This document shows positions 1-13,320 of a DNA stretch of 64,000 bases, one piece after another; within the stretch, counting starts at the first letter, position 1, and every line of letters begins with the position of its first letter. Both the position numbers and the translations under genes were made by a program. The notes beneath the pieces were generated by a model. That model was given only the letters and a program-made list of their open reading frames with translations, was not told the origin of the DNA and made no database searches. Origin of the DNA: Narcine bancroftii (Eukaryota); NCBI RefSeq assembly GCF_036971445.1, contig NC_091473.1:128898001-128962000 (forward strand), given 5' to 3'.

Positions 1-374
1 AATTAATATCTTTTGATACAGTGCTCTCAAAGCATGAAGTACAAATATAAATCTCTGGATAGAAACCATCATAAATTCAATTTAGCTCATGAAAGAAAAC
101 ACAAAATATTAATCAAAGACACATCATGAAAAAATAGAAACAATTGATTGGTTCCATTGAACAACATATGAGTTAGATCATCAAATTAATTCCATATTTA
201 ATCTTGTTTTTATTATTAAAAATACATGATTTTAACAGTCAATACACTTTTTAACCTTGGAAACTAATAATATCTATTTAGAGTTAGATCTTTTCATGTC
301 ACCTTTGGCAGTGTTAATGTTTCCCAACAATTCCACACTATTTCTATAAAGTGACGTAAATAACAAAGATTTTA

Positions 375-954
375 ACCATTTTCTACATCCCTTTGGTCTG
401 GTTGCAGATTCCAGGAAAACAGAGGACTGGCACAGGACACCAAAAAAATGGGAAGAATACACCCCATTTGAGAAGGAGAGACAGAGGAGGCAACCCATGG
501 GATGGTAACCATGGCGGCAGACCAGTGAGGGGCTCCGTGGCTGAAGAACACAGTGGGCTGTCGGCAACTCAAGGTCAGGAACCCACGCAGGTTGCAGGCT
601 GCTGGCGACTGGGATTCACACCAGGCTAGGGACTGCTGGAGATTGGCTGAAGGGGATCCAGGCATTGGAACGGGGAAATAAGAGGGTGTCGAGGACACTG
701 AAGGTTTCTGGATTGTTTCGAGGTTCAGGTTTGGATGGTTTGGACTGGACTCTGTGTGATTACAGGAGCACTGGAGGCGAATCCATGGACACTTTGTGAC
801 TCTGAGGTGACTCTCTTTTGCTTCTTTTTCTCTGACAGTAAGGGGGACTTCAGGCAGTTTCTGCTGCGGGCAAATCAGCCTTACGGCAGACAAACAAATT
901 CTGTGTAGCATTGCACTGTTTTATTACATGACAGTAAAGGAATCTTGAATCTTG
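375..954 (+). mobile_element. Unclassified non-coding retroposon (SINE-like or long LINE 3' UTR), copy 1
   Basis: Clear similarity to 41965-42387 (ggtttggactggactct, ctctcttttgcttct). Ends in GACAGTAAA followed by a (GAATCTT)n tail, like Rex1/L2-type 3' ends. 5' boundary approximate. Confidence 0.6.
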
Positions 955-1049
955 ATATATGACATGTCAGAAAGCCAAGCTAAAGTGAAGTATTCCAGGG
1001 TAAGAAATTTTTATGGTCTGATAAAAATGTGAATACTTTTCTCAAAGGA

Positions 1050-1152
1050 AAATAATGACTTACTCAACAAGAACATGGAAGGACTCAACCAGTCAGGCAG
1101 CATCTATGGAGCAAAGTAGATAACTTTTCAGATCAGGATCCTTCGTCCAGAC
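1050..1152 (-). mobile_element. Penelope-like pLTR terminus with degenerate hammerhead core
   Basis: Reverse complement gtCTGGACGA-A-GGATC-ct-GATCT-GAAA-agtt followed by ccatagatgctgcctgactggttgagt, the recurrent PLE end in this window. Confidence 0.6.
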
Positions 1153-2382
1153 ACATAACCACATAACCATTTACGGAGCAGAAACGTATGATCTTACCTA
1201 TTCATTTTGGAGAAGTTTAAATGGTCTAAGGTCCATGCTTGAATATGGCTAATTCTTCACATATGAATTATATTTACTCCCCAAACTTTGGAGCCAGGTT
1301 TTGATAGTTAGACCCCATAAGAACTATTTAATTGCAAACAGCTTTTGTCTCCCTGCCCAGTTGTGAAATGTCTTACAGGTTTATCCTCTCCACTGTTGAA
1401 TGGAACATAATGTGAGCTCTGAGTGATAGTTTATTTAATGCTTGTTTGATTCATTAATCTGCCTAGTTTAAATGTCAGAACAATAAGTTTCCCCATAGAA
1501 GCAAAGTGATGCCAAACTATCATCGCTAGGCAGTAGGCATTTCATATTGAAGTGAAATAACCTAAAGAGGCATCATTTCACTTCACTTCAAGAAGGAGTA
1601 GTCATTATTTGGAATTAAAGGTCTTTGCATTTAGCTCTGGATAATTCCACAATTTCCATAAGGTAGTGTGTCCAAAGTAGAGAGGCCAATGTACCTGCAC
1701 TATTCATAATGGTTACAATCCAATAGTTCCCAGGGGAAATCCAGCGGCTCACCACCCTAAGCTGAGGCTGTTGCTAGTAGCCAGATGATTTGTGTTGATT
1801 TAAACATTTGCTACGCTGATAGAAGATTCCAAAAATGTATTTTGAGCAGCATGTTGATCATCTCAGCTAAGCAACAAAATGTACAGGAACATTTCCCATG
1901 TCCTCCCGACCACAGATTGTGACCCATTGAATTGTGGATCCATGTAGAAAGCCTGGAACTTCAGTTGCTTTCTGAACTATGAATGAATTAAGATATGCAG
2001 AAAGCCTGTAATTTTACTGGACATAGCTTTCCAACTGCTATGTTTCCCAAGCAGAACAGCTTGGGCTGCACTAAATACTCACATTGTTTCAGGATCATCA
2101 GTCAATCAAGTACCTTGAAAAACTGTGATCAAACGTGTTAAATAATGTGTGCAAAAGCATAGTTGTTTATACTGGATACTATAATTTGTACTTCCCTTCT
2201 CTTTTGTTCTCATATGGAAGGTGAGATTGTGCAAATTTTATTTTACAAATAATACAAGAATAAATGGAATAAAATTTCTAATAAGTAAGATTGATTATTA
2301 GTTTTGTAAAATGAACAAAATGAATACATGGGAATTATAAATGTGGGCAAAGTCCAGTTATAATTTAGCTTCCTTAACCTAC

Positions 2383-2442
2383 CTCATACTGTTGTTTGCA
2401 GCAAGTACAACAACTGCTTGATCTTCCAGTTTCACTGATGAT
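2383..2442 (-). other. Candidate 60-nt exon of an unidentified host gene
   Basis: Minus strand shows acceptor ctcttcctctctAG and donor GAG|gtaggt. Open in two frames (IISETGRSSSCCTCCKQQYE or SSVKLEDQAVVVLAANNSM). No homology recognised. Confidence 0.25.
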
Positions 2443-2992
2443 CTAGAGAGGAAGAGATTGTAATGTGTCATTCACTTCCTCTGGAGAGACAAAGAAAGTA
2501 AAACAAAGACTGCCCTTTTCACCCCTCCCACTACTCTGTCTGTCAAGGTTTGGTTTGCCAAACTGTCAATTAAAGTCAGGAACTTGAATTGATGTGATAC
2601 AAATGGTAGCTGTGTACCTATTTTAGCGAAGCCTCTGCCACATACAATGACTAGAATGGACACAAGTAGCATTGGAATTAACTCAATAATTTCCTACTGT
2701 CCCAAAACTGATATAATATGCAACAACAATATGGGTTTGCGCTCAGCAATAAATATTGCTCAAAATGGGTTCTGAATTTCTGGGACTGGGCTATTTTGCA
2801 GGCCAAATCTCAGTCTACATTACAAGATTTAAAAAAAAACATTCCAGTCCATCAAAAAAACTAACTAAATGTTACATAAAAACCATCATTCCAAGTGTCA
2901 ATCTTCTCATCAGCTACATTTCCCTTCAATGCTACACAAGGACAAAATTTACCAGTATGTGTCATCATGCAGAGCAATTGAATATTTAGTTT

Positions 2993-3284
2993 TGTGGTGT
3001 TACACCACTGGCCTACTGCAGGGGGCAACCTCTGTACCTGCAGAAGAGCATGGGGACAAGACTACACCTGGCCGGCTGTCAATCAGCCGACCTGAATAGA
3101 CCAAGCCCCACCCGGTCGGGTGTCAATCACCTTCCGGGATTATAAGCCTGAGCCGGCCCTTCAAAGACACTCTCAGAGTTTACAGCAGCTCTCCTCACAG
3201 CTGGCTCTGTGGAAGTTTATGTCGAATAAAGCCTGTTGTACAATCTTTTGGCTTTGTGTGTTTGCTTCTGACCGACAACGCACC
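2993..3284 (+). mobile_element. Solo LTR (Gypsy-type)
   Basis: Starts TGTGGTG and ends ...GCACC. TATAA near 3141, AATAAA near 3225. GC-richer than flanks. TSD unclear. Confidence 0.6.
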
Positions 3285-3549
3285 TGTTCTCAAGCCCATT
3301 TACAAATCTGTTCAAAACTTGCAGTTGACTTAAATGGCAATTACAGCAAGTAAATTTTTATGCGTGATAAGATATGAAATCCACAATGCCAAGTTAATAG
3401 TACAATCGACTGGTACTGATCAGTAAAGCCTGCAGAGAAGCTTTGCAAGTAGGCTTTGAAAATAATACATTGATCATTAAAAGCATGCTCCACCATGTTT
3501 GATTGAAATAAATATCCAAAGCATAAAAAACTTTGCATGCTTGCTAAAA

Positions 3550-4785
3550 TGCTAAAGCAACAAACAAGCTATAGCAGGAACTCAGTAGATCAATTACCAT
3601 CTTCAGAGGTAAAGGGATCATCAATGTATCGAGTCAAGACTCTGCATCAAGAGCGCACAAGAGAAACAGCCACTATAGAGTGGCAAGAATGAGGGTTGAA
3701 GCGGGACTTTAACATGTTAGGAGTTACCAGATGAGGAGAGGGAGGAAGTGGTGGGGGTGGGGGTGGGGAGGTGGGGGGGGGGAAGAGAGAGATTCCATCT
3801 CCCAAACCTACAAATACTTTGGCAATAGAACATAAGGCATGGTGTTTACGAAGGCTCCACATTCCTTCTGTAATGGGATGACCAGAATTATACACAGCCC
3901 AGTGCATTCTGTTGCCTGGAGATAAAGCAAAAAGTCTGTAGACACTGATTGTAATTCAAGAGAGAGAGAAAAGCCAGATGGGGTAGAGACAAAAGTGGAC
4001 TTTGTTTTCTGTGGCTGGTGGGTGATAGGTAGTGACAAATTAAAAAAAAGGAAAAGGAGCAAACAAACTGCTGAAGTAACTCTCAGGATCGAGCAGCAGT
4101 TGTGAGGGGAAAGGGACTGTTGACTGTTTGGATTAGATCCAAACCAGTAGTGGAAGGGAAATGGAGAACCAGAAGGTGAAAGGCAGATGGACATTGAATT
4201 TTCCAACTTCAAGTAACCCATACTCCTGTGCTTTTTTTCTCTATCCTTCTGGTCCTCACCCAAACTTTGCTATGACCTAGCTAAATTCCCTCACCCAAAC
4301 ATTTCTGCCTACCTATCACCAATGCATTATGCTTTCTGATTCACCTAACCCCACCCCAATTGGTTCCACCCATCCTTCCTTATCTGGTTCCACATATCTG
4401 ATTCCAAATCTGCAACCTTTTTTTCCACAACACCTTCCAGCCTCTGTCTCTACCTCCATTCTCCCCTCTCCCACTTCACTCCATCTCCCTCCTTTGTTCC
4501 TCAACTCATCTGTCTCTACCTATCATGTACTTGCCACTGACTCCATCATTTCCCTTCCCCACCTGGCTCTATCTCCCTCCTAATTTGGTTCCACAAAACA
4601 CCAGCCAACCACTCCTCACCCCTCTGCTCACTGCTTTATATTGGCTATCTTTCTTCTCCATTCTCAGTTCTGATGAAGGATTTGACCTGGAATGTCAAAT
4701 ATTCCTTTGCCCCCATAGGTATGGCATGATCGATTGAATTCTTCCAACTGTTTTTTTTTGCTCCAGGTTCCAGTTTTGTGTTTTC
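3550..4785. mobile_element. Old Penelope-derived segment with pLTR termini in inverted orientation
   Basis: Minus-strand pLTR end at about 3570-3655 followed by a purine-rich tract. Pyrimidine-rich tract followed by a plus-strand end with CTGATGA at 4670-4676. Confidence 0.55.
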
Positions 4786-4797
4786 TTTCTAAAAAAA

Positions 4798-5500
4798 ATC
4801 TGAATCAGAATTTATTGTCATGAACATGAGTCACAAAATTTATTGTTTTTTAGCAGCTTTACAGGAGCAAAATTGCTATAAATTACATGTTTTAAATAAA
4901 TCAATTAGTGCAAAAGAAGAGAGAAAGTTAGATAGTTTCTGTGGTTCATTGTCCATTCAGAAATCTGATGATAGATGGAAAGAAGCAGCTTTTGTACTGT
5001 TGGATGTTTGTCTTCAGGGTGCCTGGGAATGGGGGTCCTTGATCATAGAGGCTGCTTTCTTGAGACAGCGTCTTTTGTAGACGTCCTGGATGGAGTGAAG
5101 ACAAATGGCCAGCATGTTTCAGAACTCTTTGTGGCCTTTTCTTGCCCTGTGCATTGGCACTCAATACCAGACTGTGATGCAACCAATCAGAATACTCTCC
5201 ACGGTACTCTTGTAGAAATTTCCAAGAGTCTTTGGTAAGTGTGTCTCAGGCATATCTCCTCACTCCTAATGAAGTATAGCTGCCTTCATGAGTGCATCAG
5301 CATGAAGGCACAGGATAGACCTTCAGAGGTGTTGACATCCACGAATTTGAAATTCTTCACCCTTTCCTTTACTAATCCATCAATAAGGACTGGTTTTTGT
5401 TCTCCATGTTTCCCCCTCCTGAAGTCCACAATCAATTCTTTAGTTTTGCTAACGATATTGTCGTGAGAACACTCACCAATCCATCTTCCTCCCGTACTCT
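4798..5500 (-). mobile_element. Rex1/Babar LINE 3' fragment
   Basis: Minus ORF 5286-5561 contains VSKTKELIVDFRR...VERV..FKF. Tail reads gacaataaattctgattcaga. Confidence 0.8.
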
Positions 5501-5827
5501 TCCTCATTTGTCTGTAGCTTCCAGAAATGCGACTTACAAATTTACCACCGAATATTAACAATAAACTCAGATATTTCAGACTATTTGCTTTGTTCTTTAA
5601 CTGGATTTATTGTGGATTAATTCAACCTGTACATATTTTCTTTGATTAAAATAATTATGGTAAATAGAAGAAAATTATTGAGCATGAGAAATAAATAATT
5701 ATTAGATTAATGATCAATTTTTATCAAGAAAAACACTGACTTTGTTACCACACATAAAGGAATCCCAGTCAAAACCAATAATGTGTAAGAGAGATTTGCC
5801 AATTGTCCGTCCCATATATGTACTGTA

Positions 5828-6536
5828 CAGTAAAATCCCCAATCCAGAATTAAAGCAACTGGCAACCCCCCAAAATATCAAGGACCTAAATACATTTAAA
5901 AAAAAATAAAATAAAAAAATGTATATAAAAGTTTAAAATTGTAAAATAAATGTTCTCTGAAGCAACTCACAACACCTTGGTGAAGATGGGAGTAAACATT
6001 CAGCCAGCAGAGCGTACCAATCGTGCCCTGCCTACAGCAGCTGTTTGAATAAAGTTTCAATGAAGTTGTATTTGAATAAAATGATATTGCCCAGAATGAA
6101 GACCTGGCCGATGCTACTCGCCGCTGAGGCGACTCTCCCAAAGTGTCTCCCTATCCCTACCTCGTAAGAGTCTTTATCTTTCTTTATTAGTATATTTATT
6201 AAGTATATTAATAAGGCTTTAATCTGTAAACTTGGGAGAGGGAGGGGAGGTTAATTATGATAGTAGCATGTGTTTTAGCACAGCAATGACCGGGGTTCAA
6301 ATTTTAATTTTAATTTTGTACGTTATTGGAATTATGTGATGAAAGTGAACTTTACATAATTAAGGTCGACACCTGTTTTTTTTTCAAATTACTTTACATT
6401 TTGCACTGCCTTTTGTCTTTTAAGCTGCTTATTCTTAATGTAGGTGTATTAATTAGGCATTGTCTCAGGCATGCAGAAAATTCGCATAGCCGACATTCGC
6501 AATCCCCACAGGGGCCGGATACTGGGAATTTTACTG
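5828..6536. mobile_element. Tigger/pogo-like MITE, copy 1
   Basis: TIRs CAGTAAAATCCC / GGGAATTTTACTG flanked by TA. Colinear with 10295-11040. Confidence 0.8.
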
Positions 6537-9500
6537 TAATCATTTATTTTGTTACAAGTCCCAAATGAACAAAAAATTGTGATTGCCAAGGTTCAATTTA
6601 GATCTTATTTCCATGTGAGCAGTAGCAGTACAGAAATGAAATAAATGATCTAATTGAATAATATTTCCCTTCAAAAACAAAGTTATGAAGGTGCTCAAAG
6701 GGAAGCAGAAACAAAACTGCAGGAAAATCTCTGCATCAACAAAACAAAATCAAAAAGATTTCATGCTAATCAGCTTTCATCAGAATTTATATCAATACTG
6801 AAAAGGAATGATTGAACTTAAATGAACCCTTCTCACGGAACTAGGTGTGACAATAAACTTGAGCATTATCAGTTCCTCTCTTCACAGATCAATCCTACTA
6901 AGTAGTTCAAGAATTTTCTGATTTTAGGACAGATTAAAGAATGGAAACTCATCCTTAGTTGCCTATCTTACCCATACAAGTTGCATTGCAAGTTAATTTT
7001 ATCCAAAAATTTGGTTCCATTGATTTGAAATTGAGAGGATGACACTTGGGAAAAGTGGCTCTTGTATATCCCAAAAATTGAGAAGACATTTTTTGATTAA
7101 TACAAATTTATCACTTAGAGATTCACAACCAATTGTTTAATGCAACCATATATTCTTTGAAAATATTCCATAAATCCAGATAATGACTGCCAAAAATCCT
7201 AGCTGTGTGGTTATGACATACAATATGGTTAATCAAATAAACTTGCATGGAAACAGATTTTGAGATGATAGAAGTCAGGATACATATTTTAACCAAAAGC
7301 ATTTCTCTCTAATTCATAATTTTATTTGGAGATTATGCCAATTTAGAGGTCTTTATAGACCATGATCCAATACCGTTTAAGGTTATCAAATTCACAAACG
7401 ATAAATTAGTTAAGTTTTTATTTAAAGTAGTATGGAAATATATAACCCTGGGGTAAAAAAAATCATACCATTTAGCAACTGTGGTGTAAAATCCTATGCG
7501 AGTTAATGTAATATTTGAAATATTTACAGAATTTGAAACAGGTCAAATGTGTCATGGCTCTGCAGTTATTTGAATGACTGTTCACAGTTTGTTAGATCTT
7601 ACACTGATCGATTTATATTAAATTTTATTTTGTTACAAGTATAACTCTCAATGGAAAAAAGAATGCCAAAGTTCAATTTAAATAATTCTTGTATGTGAGC
7701 AAGAGAATCCATGGTACAGAAAATAAAACAAATGAATAGCATTTTCCTTTACATTTCTATTCTCTATGTCTCATATTTACATCCAAATGCCATATATCTC
7801 ATTCTGTCATGTATTCTCAGTATCACATATTTTGGACATTGATAAAACCTCTTAATCTGCCTTCATGCAAAACAAACTTGCCCCACTTCCTAATGGCACC
7901 ATTTCAGAAGAGGGGAGAGAATTGAACGATCAAGTCTCTAAGGAGAGGGATAAAAAGAATAAAGCTGAAAAATACTTCTTGAATGTTAATATTCTAACTG
8001 GTTTAGAACATACCACATTAAAATATTTCATTTGCAAGTCATCTTTATCATTGTATTTTAACAAACTGACCCTCAGCAGTTGCTTTCCACCAAAGCTTTT
8101 GAAATAATATTTACTGTTAATAACATTGAATGGTTTTACTCGTGAATAGAATGAAAATGTATGTCTATCTTTCTGAAGAAGGAGAATTCTGTCACCCAGT
8201 GCTTCTCTAGTTTTAAATTGAGTGATTACATCATTTGCCTTCCAGAATCCTTGGCCATGTGACCTATGTGGAGTTGACTGCTTGACAAGAAGGGAGGATA
8301 AATGTGGCATTGGAAGGTTTTCTTACATTTAAATCTTGAATAAAAGTGATGGTTGTTGCAATTGCACTTAACATTTCACCTCGCTACTGCCAGGAATGAA
8401 CCAAATGAAATTATTGATTTAAAAAAAAATTCTAGACCCTTTGACGTTCATTCTCTGTCCCATTTACTCCATCTAACTCTGTTGTTATGCACAATACATT
8501 TGCTCAGTGAATTTTCCAGATGTAGCATTAATTCTGTACATTCTGATACTGCTGCTAATGCTTTCTGTTCATCATTCAGTGCTACCTTAACTTCATGTGC
8601 CCCAAGATTATAGCACCCTGCAGGCATATAATACATTCGAGTTCATGTATTTGAGTTTGGGTTGAAAGATGCATGGGAACTATGGGAAAAGGTGGGGAAA
8701 ACTCCATAGGTAGAATAGCCTGTTTCTGCTCCTATGTCTTAATGGTCCAAATGACTGGGTAGGTATTCAAGTATTAAGAAGAGACAGGAAAAAAGAAACA
8801 CAGAGAGAAGCATAGAGAAGGACAGTTAACATTCAATTTATATTGACACTTTGTTTAATCATGGCAGGATCAATTGAACAATCAAAATCAGTTTAATTCT
8901 GGCTACATACTACTGTATGCCTTTAAGATTATTGAGTTTTTTTCTACATGTAATACCTGGATTGGATTGTGAATCAACATAGTTAGGGCAAGTTATGTGC
9001 TGACCTCAAATGGATGGAGATGTGCACATAATACAAATCAAGGCTTTCCAATACACCACAATACAAATTTTATGTGTGAGCTATACTCGGTTAAATATTG
9101 CTTGAATTCTGTCAGTATGCAGACAATCTGATATTACCCGTGTGCAAGCTGAAGGCCTTGTCTAGTCTGATCTGTTATTACGGCAATTGCTAGAGGCTCT
9201 TGTGCTGAGATAAATAATAATGGAGATAACAGACAGTCCAGTCCAATGTCTGTTCCTGATGTAAACAGCGTCAAAATCATGACATGTACTACAGATGCTG
9301 GAGGGGCTACGTATAGAATGTGGATTCATTTAATAAAACCAGAGCCAATTTGCTCATCTCTTTCATTAAATCATCCAATCATTTTCTGACATTGCTGGAA
9401 AAATTGCAATTGTGGTGAACGACTGCATTGTTGAATGATGGAAAGAAACTGCAGCAACATATATCGAAGTGCTACCTGTTTGACATGATCAATTAAATAA

Positions 9501-10294
9501 ATCTGCTTCAGCACTCTTATAACTAGAAACGTTCTATTTTTACCAGAAAATTAATAGCATCCCCTACTTTTGTTTAAAAGACAAAGGGAAACCCCAGGGG
9601 GAACAAATTTGTTGGTGTTGCAATCATACACTATAATAGCAATACATAAGGGACACTCCATTTTGCCTTCTACTTCTCACATGAGAAATGTGTACATGGC
9701 CCTTTAGACAATATGTTTAAATATGCCCATCCTTGCTGATTTATTTGCAATATCAAATAATGACAACATAATTTCAGGTGCACTACAAAACGGCCAAATA
9801 TAGCCTGCTTCAACAGTATTATTCCCTGACCTCTTAGGGGGAAGCAGGCAAATCAAATGACTGCCAGAAGATATTGCGTAGTTTAGGAAGCACTGAATTT
9901 GAAGATGTAACGAGCACCCTATTTATCTGATGCTGTTTTAGGCCTTCTTGTGAAAGTGGTAAATCCTAGTTTAGATCCTGCAAGTTTAAGGGGCCCAGAA
10001 AGCACCTAGAACCCAATGAGAAAGCAATAGGAGCAGGTGGTCAGGGGAACCATACTGTGCACAGCTCACACTGTGTATTAGTTACTCTATTTGACAGCAT
10101 AGGAAACAAATGAGTGTTATAAATGGAGATAAGCCACAATTATGTCAACTGTATAGACCAAGGTGGACCACACACATATATACACCTCCACCGGAGGGGC
10201 ACCAATATTGTCTCAGGAAGGGGCGGCCCAGGAAGCTTGGTGGTCAAATGTTTTCATTAACATTTTAAACTTTATTGTGCTGTGGATCCCTATA

Positions 10295-11040
10295 TAGTAA
10301 AATCCCTGTTCCTGGAATTCAAGCAACTGGCAGCCCAAGCAACCAGCAAAAAAAAATTGAGGAAATAAATAAATAACTTTTTAAAATAAGAATAAATAAA
10401 AGTTTAAAACTGCAAAAGAGTCATAAATGTTCTCCGAAGCAACACACAACCCCTTGGTGTAAATGGGAGTAAATATTCAGCCAGTCTGGCTGGAGCACCC
10501 CAGTCATGCCCCACCGCAGCAGCTGTTTGAATAAAGTTCCAATAAAGTTGTGTTTGAATAAAATGGCATCGGCCATGATGAAGAGCCTGCTGATGTCACT
10601 CGTTGCTGAGAAAACTCTCCCAATGTGTCTCCCTATCCCTGCTTAGTAAGAGTCTTTAACTTTATTAATATTAAGTCTATTAGTAAGGTTTTATCTGTCA
10701 ACTTTAGGGAGGGGGATGGATTAATTATGACAGCGACCTGGTTAGCACAGCAGTTAGCTTAACACTGTTACAGCATTCGCGAATGCAGTCTGAATTTAAA
10801 TGTAAATTTTGTAAGTTACGGGAATTACCTGATGAAAGTGAACTTTACATAATTAAAGACTATAATACTGATTTTTTTTTTCAAAGTACTTTTCATTGTC
10901 CACTTGCTTTTATATTTTAAACTGTTTATTCTTAAGACAGGTGTACAGTTAGGCATTGTTAGAATGTGTCAGGCAACCGGAAAATTCACATGTCTGACTT
11001 GCTCAATTCCAGTCGGTGCTTGATACTGGAGATTTTACTG
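10295..11040. mobile_element. Tigger/pogo-like MITE, copy 2
   Basis: TIRs (T)AGTAAAATCCC / GAGATTTTACTG, TA flanks, same internal sequence as 5828-6536. Confidence 0.8.
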
Positions 11041-12149
11041 TATTTAAAATGAATCACAAGTATATATTTAAAATGGAAATCAAAGAATTTTGTCACTGAA
11101 TCTCTTTAGCATGGTTAATAATCAGAATATGTAATTCAGCTGTTGAAGTTTCCTACAGAACTATTACTAAGCTCATGCATTCACGTTGTTTACTGTGTCT
11201 CTCTAATAAAATGTATGCTGGTGACAGAATGATAAAAAGTGTGGTTTCTGAAATAATAGATGTAAAATAATAAAGACTCTATCAACATACTAACCTCTTG
11301 AGAACCTCTTACAAATCCAACAAGAATTAGCTCCGGAATATATTTAAGCCTGATTGAAATGACAATTCTATTCTGCATGCTTGACAGATTATCCCTTGTC
11401 ATAGTTTGCATCAACACACAATCAACATTATGACCTCAACATTTTGGTATTGATACATCAACCTAGAATTGAGTTTATTCTGTTTAACTCCCTCAAATTC
11501 ATGGTTTAGTATACAACTGCAAATCAATTGGTTTCTAGAACCATAAATCATTATCACCAACAAGCCCAAATAATTTTCCCATCTGCTTAAATCACCAGTG
11601 AGAGTCTGAGCAGTATATAAATGCAGTTTCCAATGGTGATGTGGTCTCTGATGGCAATTCCTTCCTATGCATAACCATGTGAGCAAAAATAAAATCCAAT
11701 CAGGACACTCAAAGTCTCTCAAAGTATATCTCAATGATAAAATATGAAGCAAAGAATCAATAAATAATTTGCTGTGTGTGTGTTATTGCAATTTTAGATC
11801 ATATCGTTGGAAGATTGAGTGATGGCCTCATCTAAATAAAGTCAATGAGGATTTACAGAAAATACAGATACAATCCGAAGTGTCATCACACGCAAATAAT
11901 TTCTTGCACCTGAGGAATATGGTTTCGAAGTTACACAATACCACAAAAGTGAAAATTCAATATTGGTTCCAACAAATTTAAATTTCAAACATTCCTGAAA
12001 CTTTAGATCTTTATTTTAAATGTGTAAATATACAGACAATAAAAGATTAACCTAAAGTTTAACATTTTAAGGAAAGTATTGAAAAGGCCAATTAGGTATT
12101 TTTACATTTTGATAAATAATTGATAGGAATAATTTCACATTTACTCAAA

Positions 12150-13126
12150 AAAGCGCACCTCAGCGCTGTGTGCTCAGCCCGCTCCTGTTCACACTACCGA
12201 CCCACAGCTGCATCGCTAGATCCAACTCTAACGGTGTAACCAAGTTTGTAGATGATGCAACAGTAGTTGGTCTCATCAGAAACAACAATGAGTCGTGCTA
12301 CAGAGAAGAGGTGGAAAAGCTAGTGAAATAATGTGAGAGTAACAAGCTGAGTCTTAACATGGACAAGACGAAGGAGATGATAGTGGACCTCAGAAATGAC
12401 CACTCTCCACTACATATCAACAACTCTATAACAGAGAGAGTGGAGAGCTCCAAGCTTTTTAGAGTTCACTTAACCGGTGACATATCGTGGGCACTCAACA
12501 TCTCCTCACGTGTCAGGAATGCTCAACAGTGACTGCACTTACTGAGAAGTCTGAAGCAGGCAAAGCTACCAGCCACCATTATGTCAACCTTCAATAGGAG
12601 GTCTATAGAAAGCATCCTGACCGGCTGCATCACAGTGTGGTACATCCGCTGCAAAGAAATGGATCAGAGGCCAATCCACAGGACCATAAGAGTGGCAGAG
12701 AAGATCACTGGAGTATCACTCCTCCTTCTATTGATGTGATCTACTGGATTGACTGAAGAGGGCACACAAAATTATTGAGGTCCCTTCCACCCTGCACACA
12801 GTTTCCCCCATCAGGAAAGAGATATGGGAGGATCAGAGCCAGCACCACCAGGCTGAGGATCAACTTCTTCCCACGGGCAGTGAGAATGCTGATGAACAAC
12901 CAAAGGAACTACTCACACTAATCATCCAATACTCTCATATTCACAAAACAATATTTTATTCATTAGTATAGATAAATGCTTGTCCTGCATATGTATTGTT
13001 TGTCTGTATATATGTGTGTTTATGTCTGGTCATCCACCTCCAAATTTTTGCACCAAGGACCAGAGAACGCTGTTTCATTGGTTTGTACTTGTGCAATCAA
13101 ATGACAATAAACTTGACTTGACTTGA
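12150..13126 (+). mobile_element. Rex1/Babar LINE, 5'-truncated
   Basis: Degenerate RT motifs APQ.CVLSPLLF and KFVDDATVVG, then KTKEMIVD. Tail GACAATAAA followed by (ACTTG)n. Confidence 0.85.
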
Positions 13127-13320
13127 AAAATGCTGAAAACAGTCATCAGGTCAGTCATCACCCATGTAAAGTGAAGCAGAGATCTGGGTTAGGATCCTTT
13201 AATAGAAAAAGACAGTGGGTCTGTGACTTAAAATATTTTTCTTTCAACAGATGTTACCTGATTCGCTGAGTGCTTCCAAAATTTTCTCTTTTTGTTTCAG
13301 ATTTACAGCATCTGCAGCTG
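13127..13320. mobile_element. Short inverted pair of Penelope pLTR termini
   Basis: aaatgctgaaaacagtcatcaggtcag... mirrored by ...acctgattcgctgagtgcttccaaaatttt...cagcatctgcag. Confidence 0.5.

Noticed and set aside
7930-8636. Minus-strand ORFs of 126 and 62 aa as coding exons
   Set aside because: No recognisable domain and ambiguous splice boundaries.
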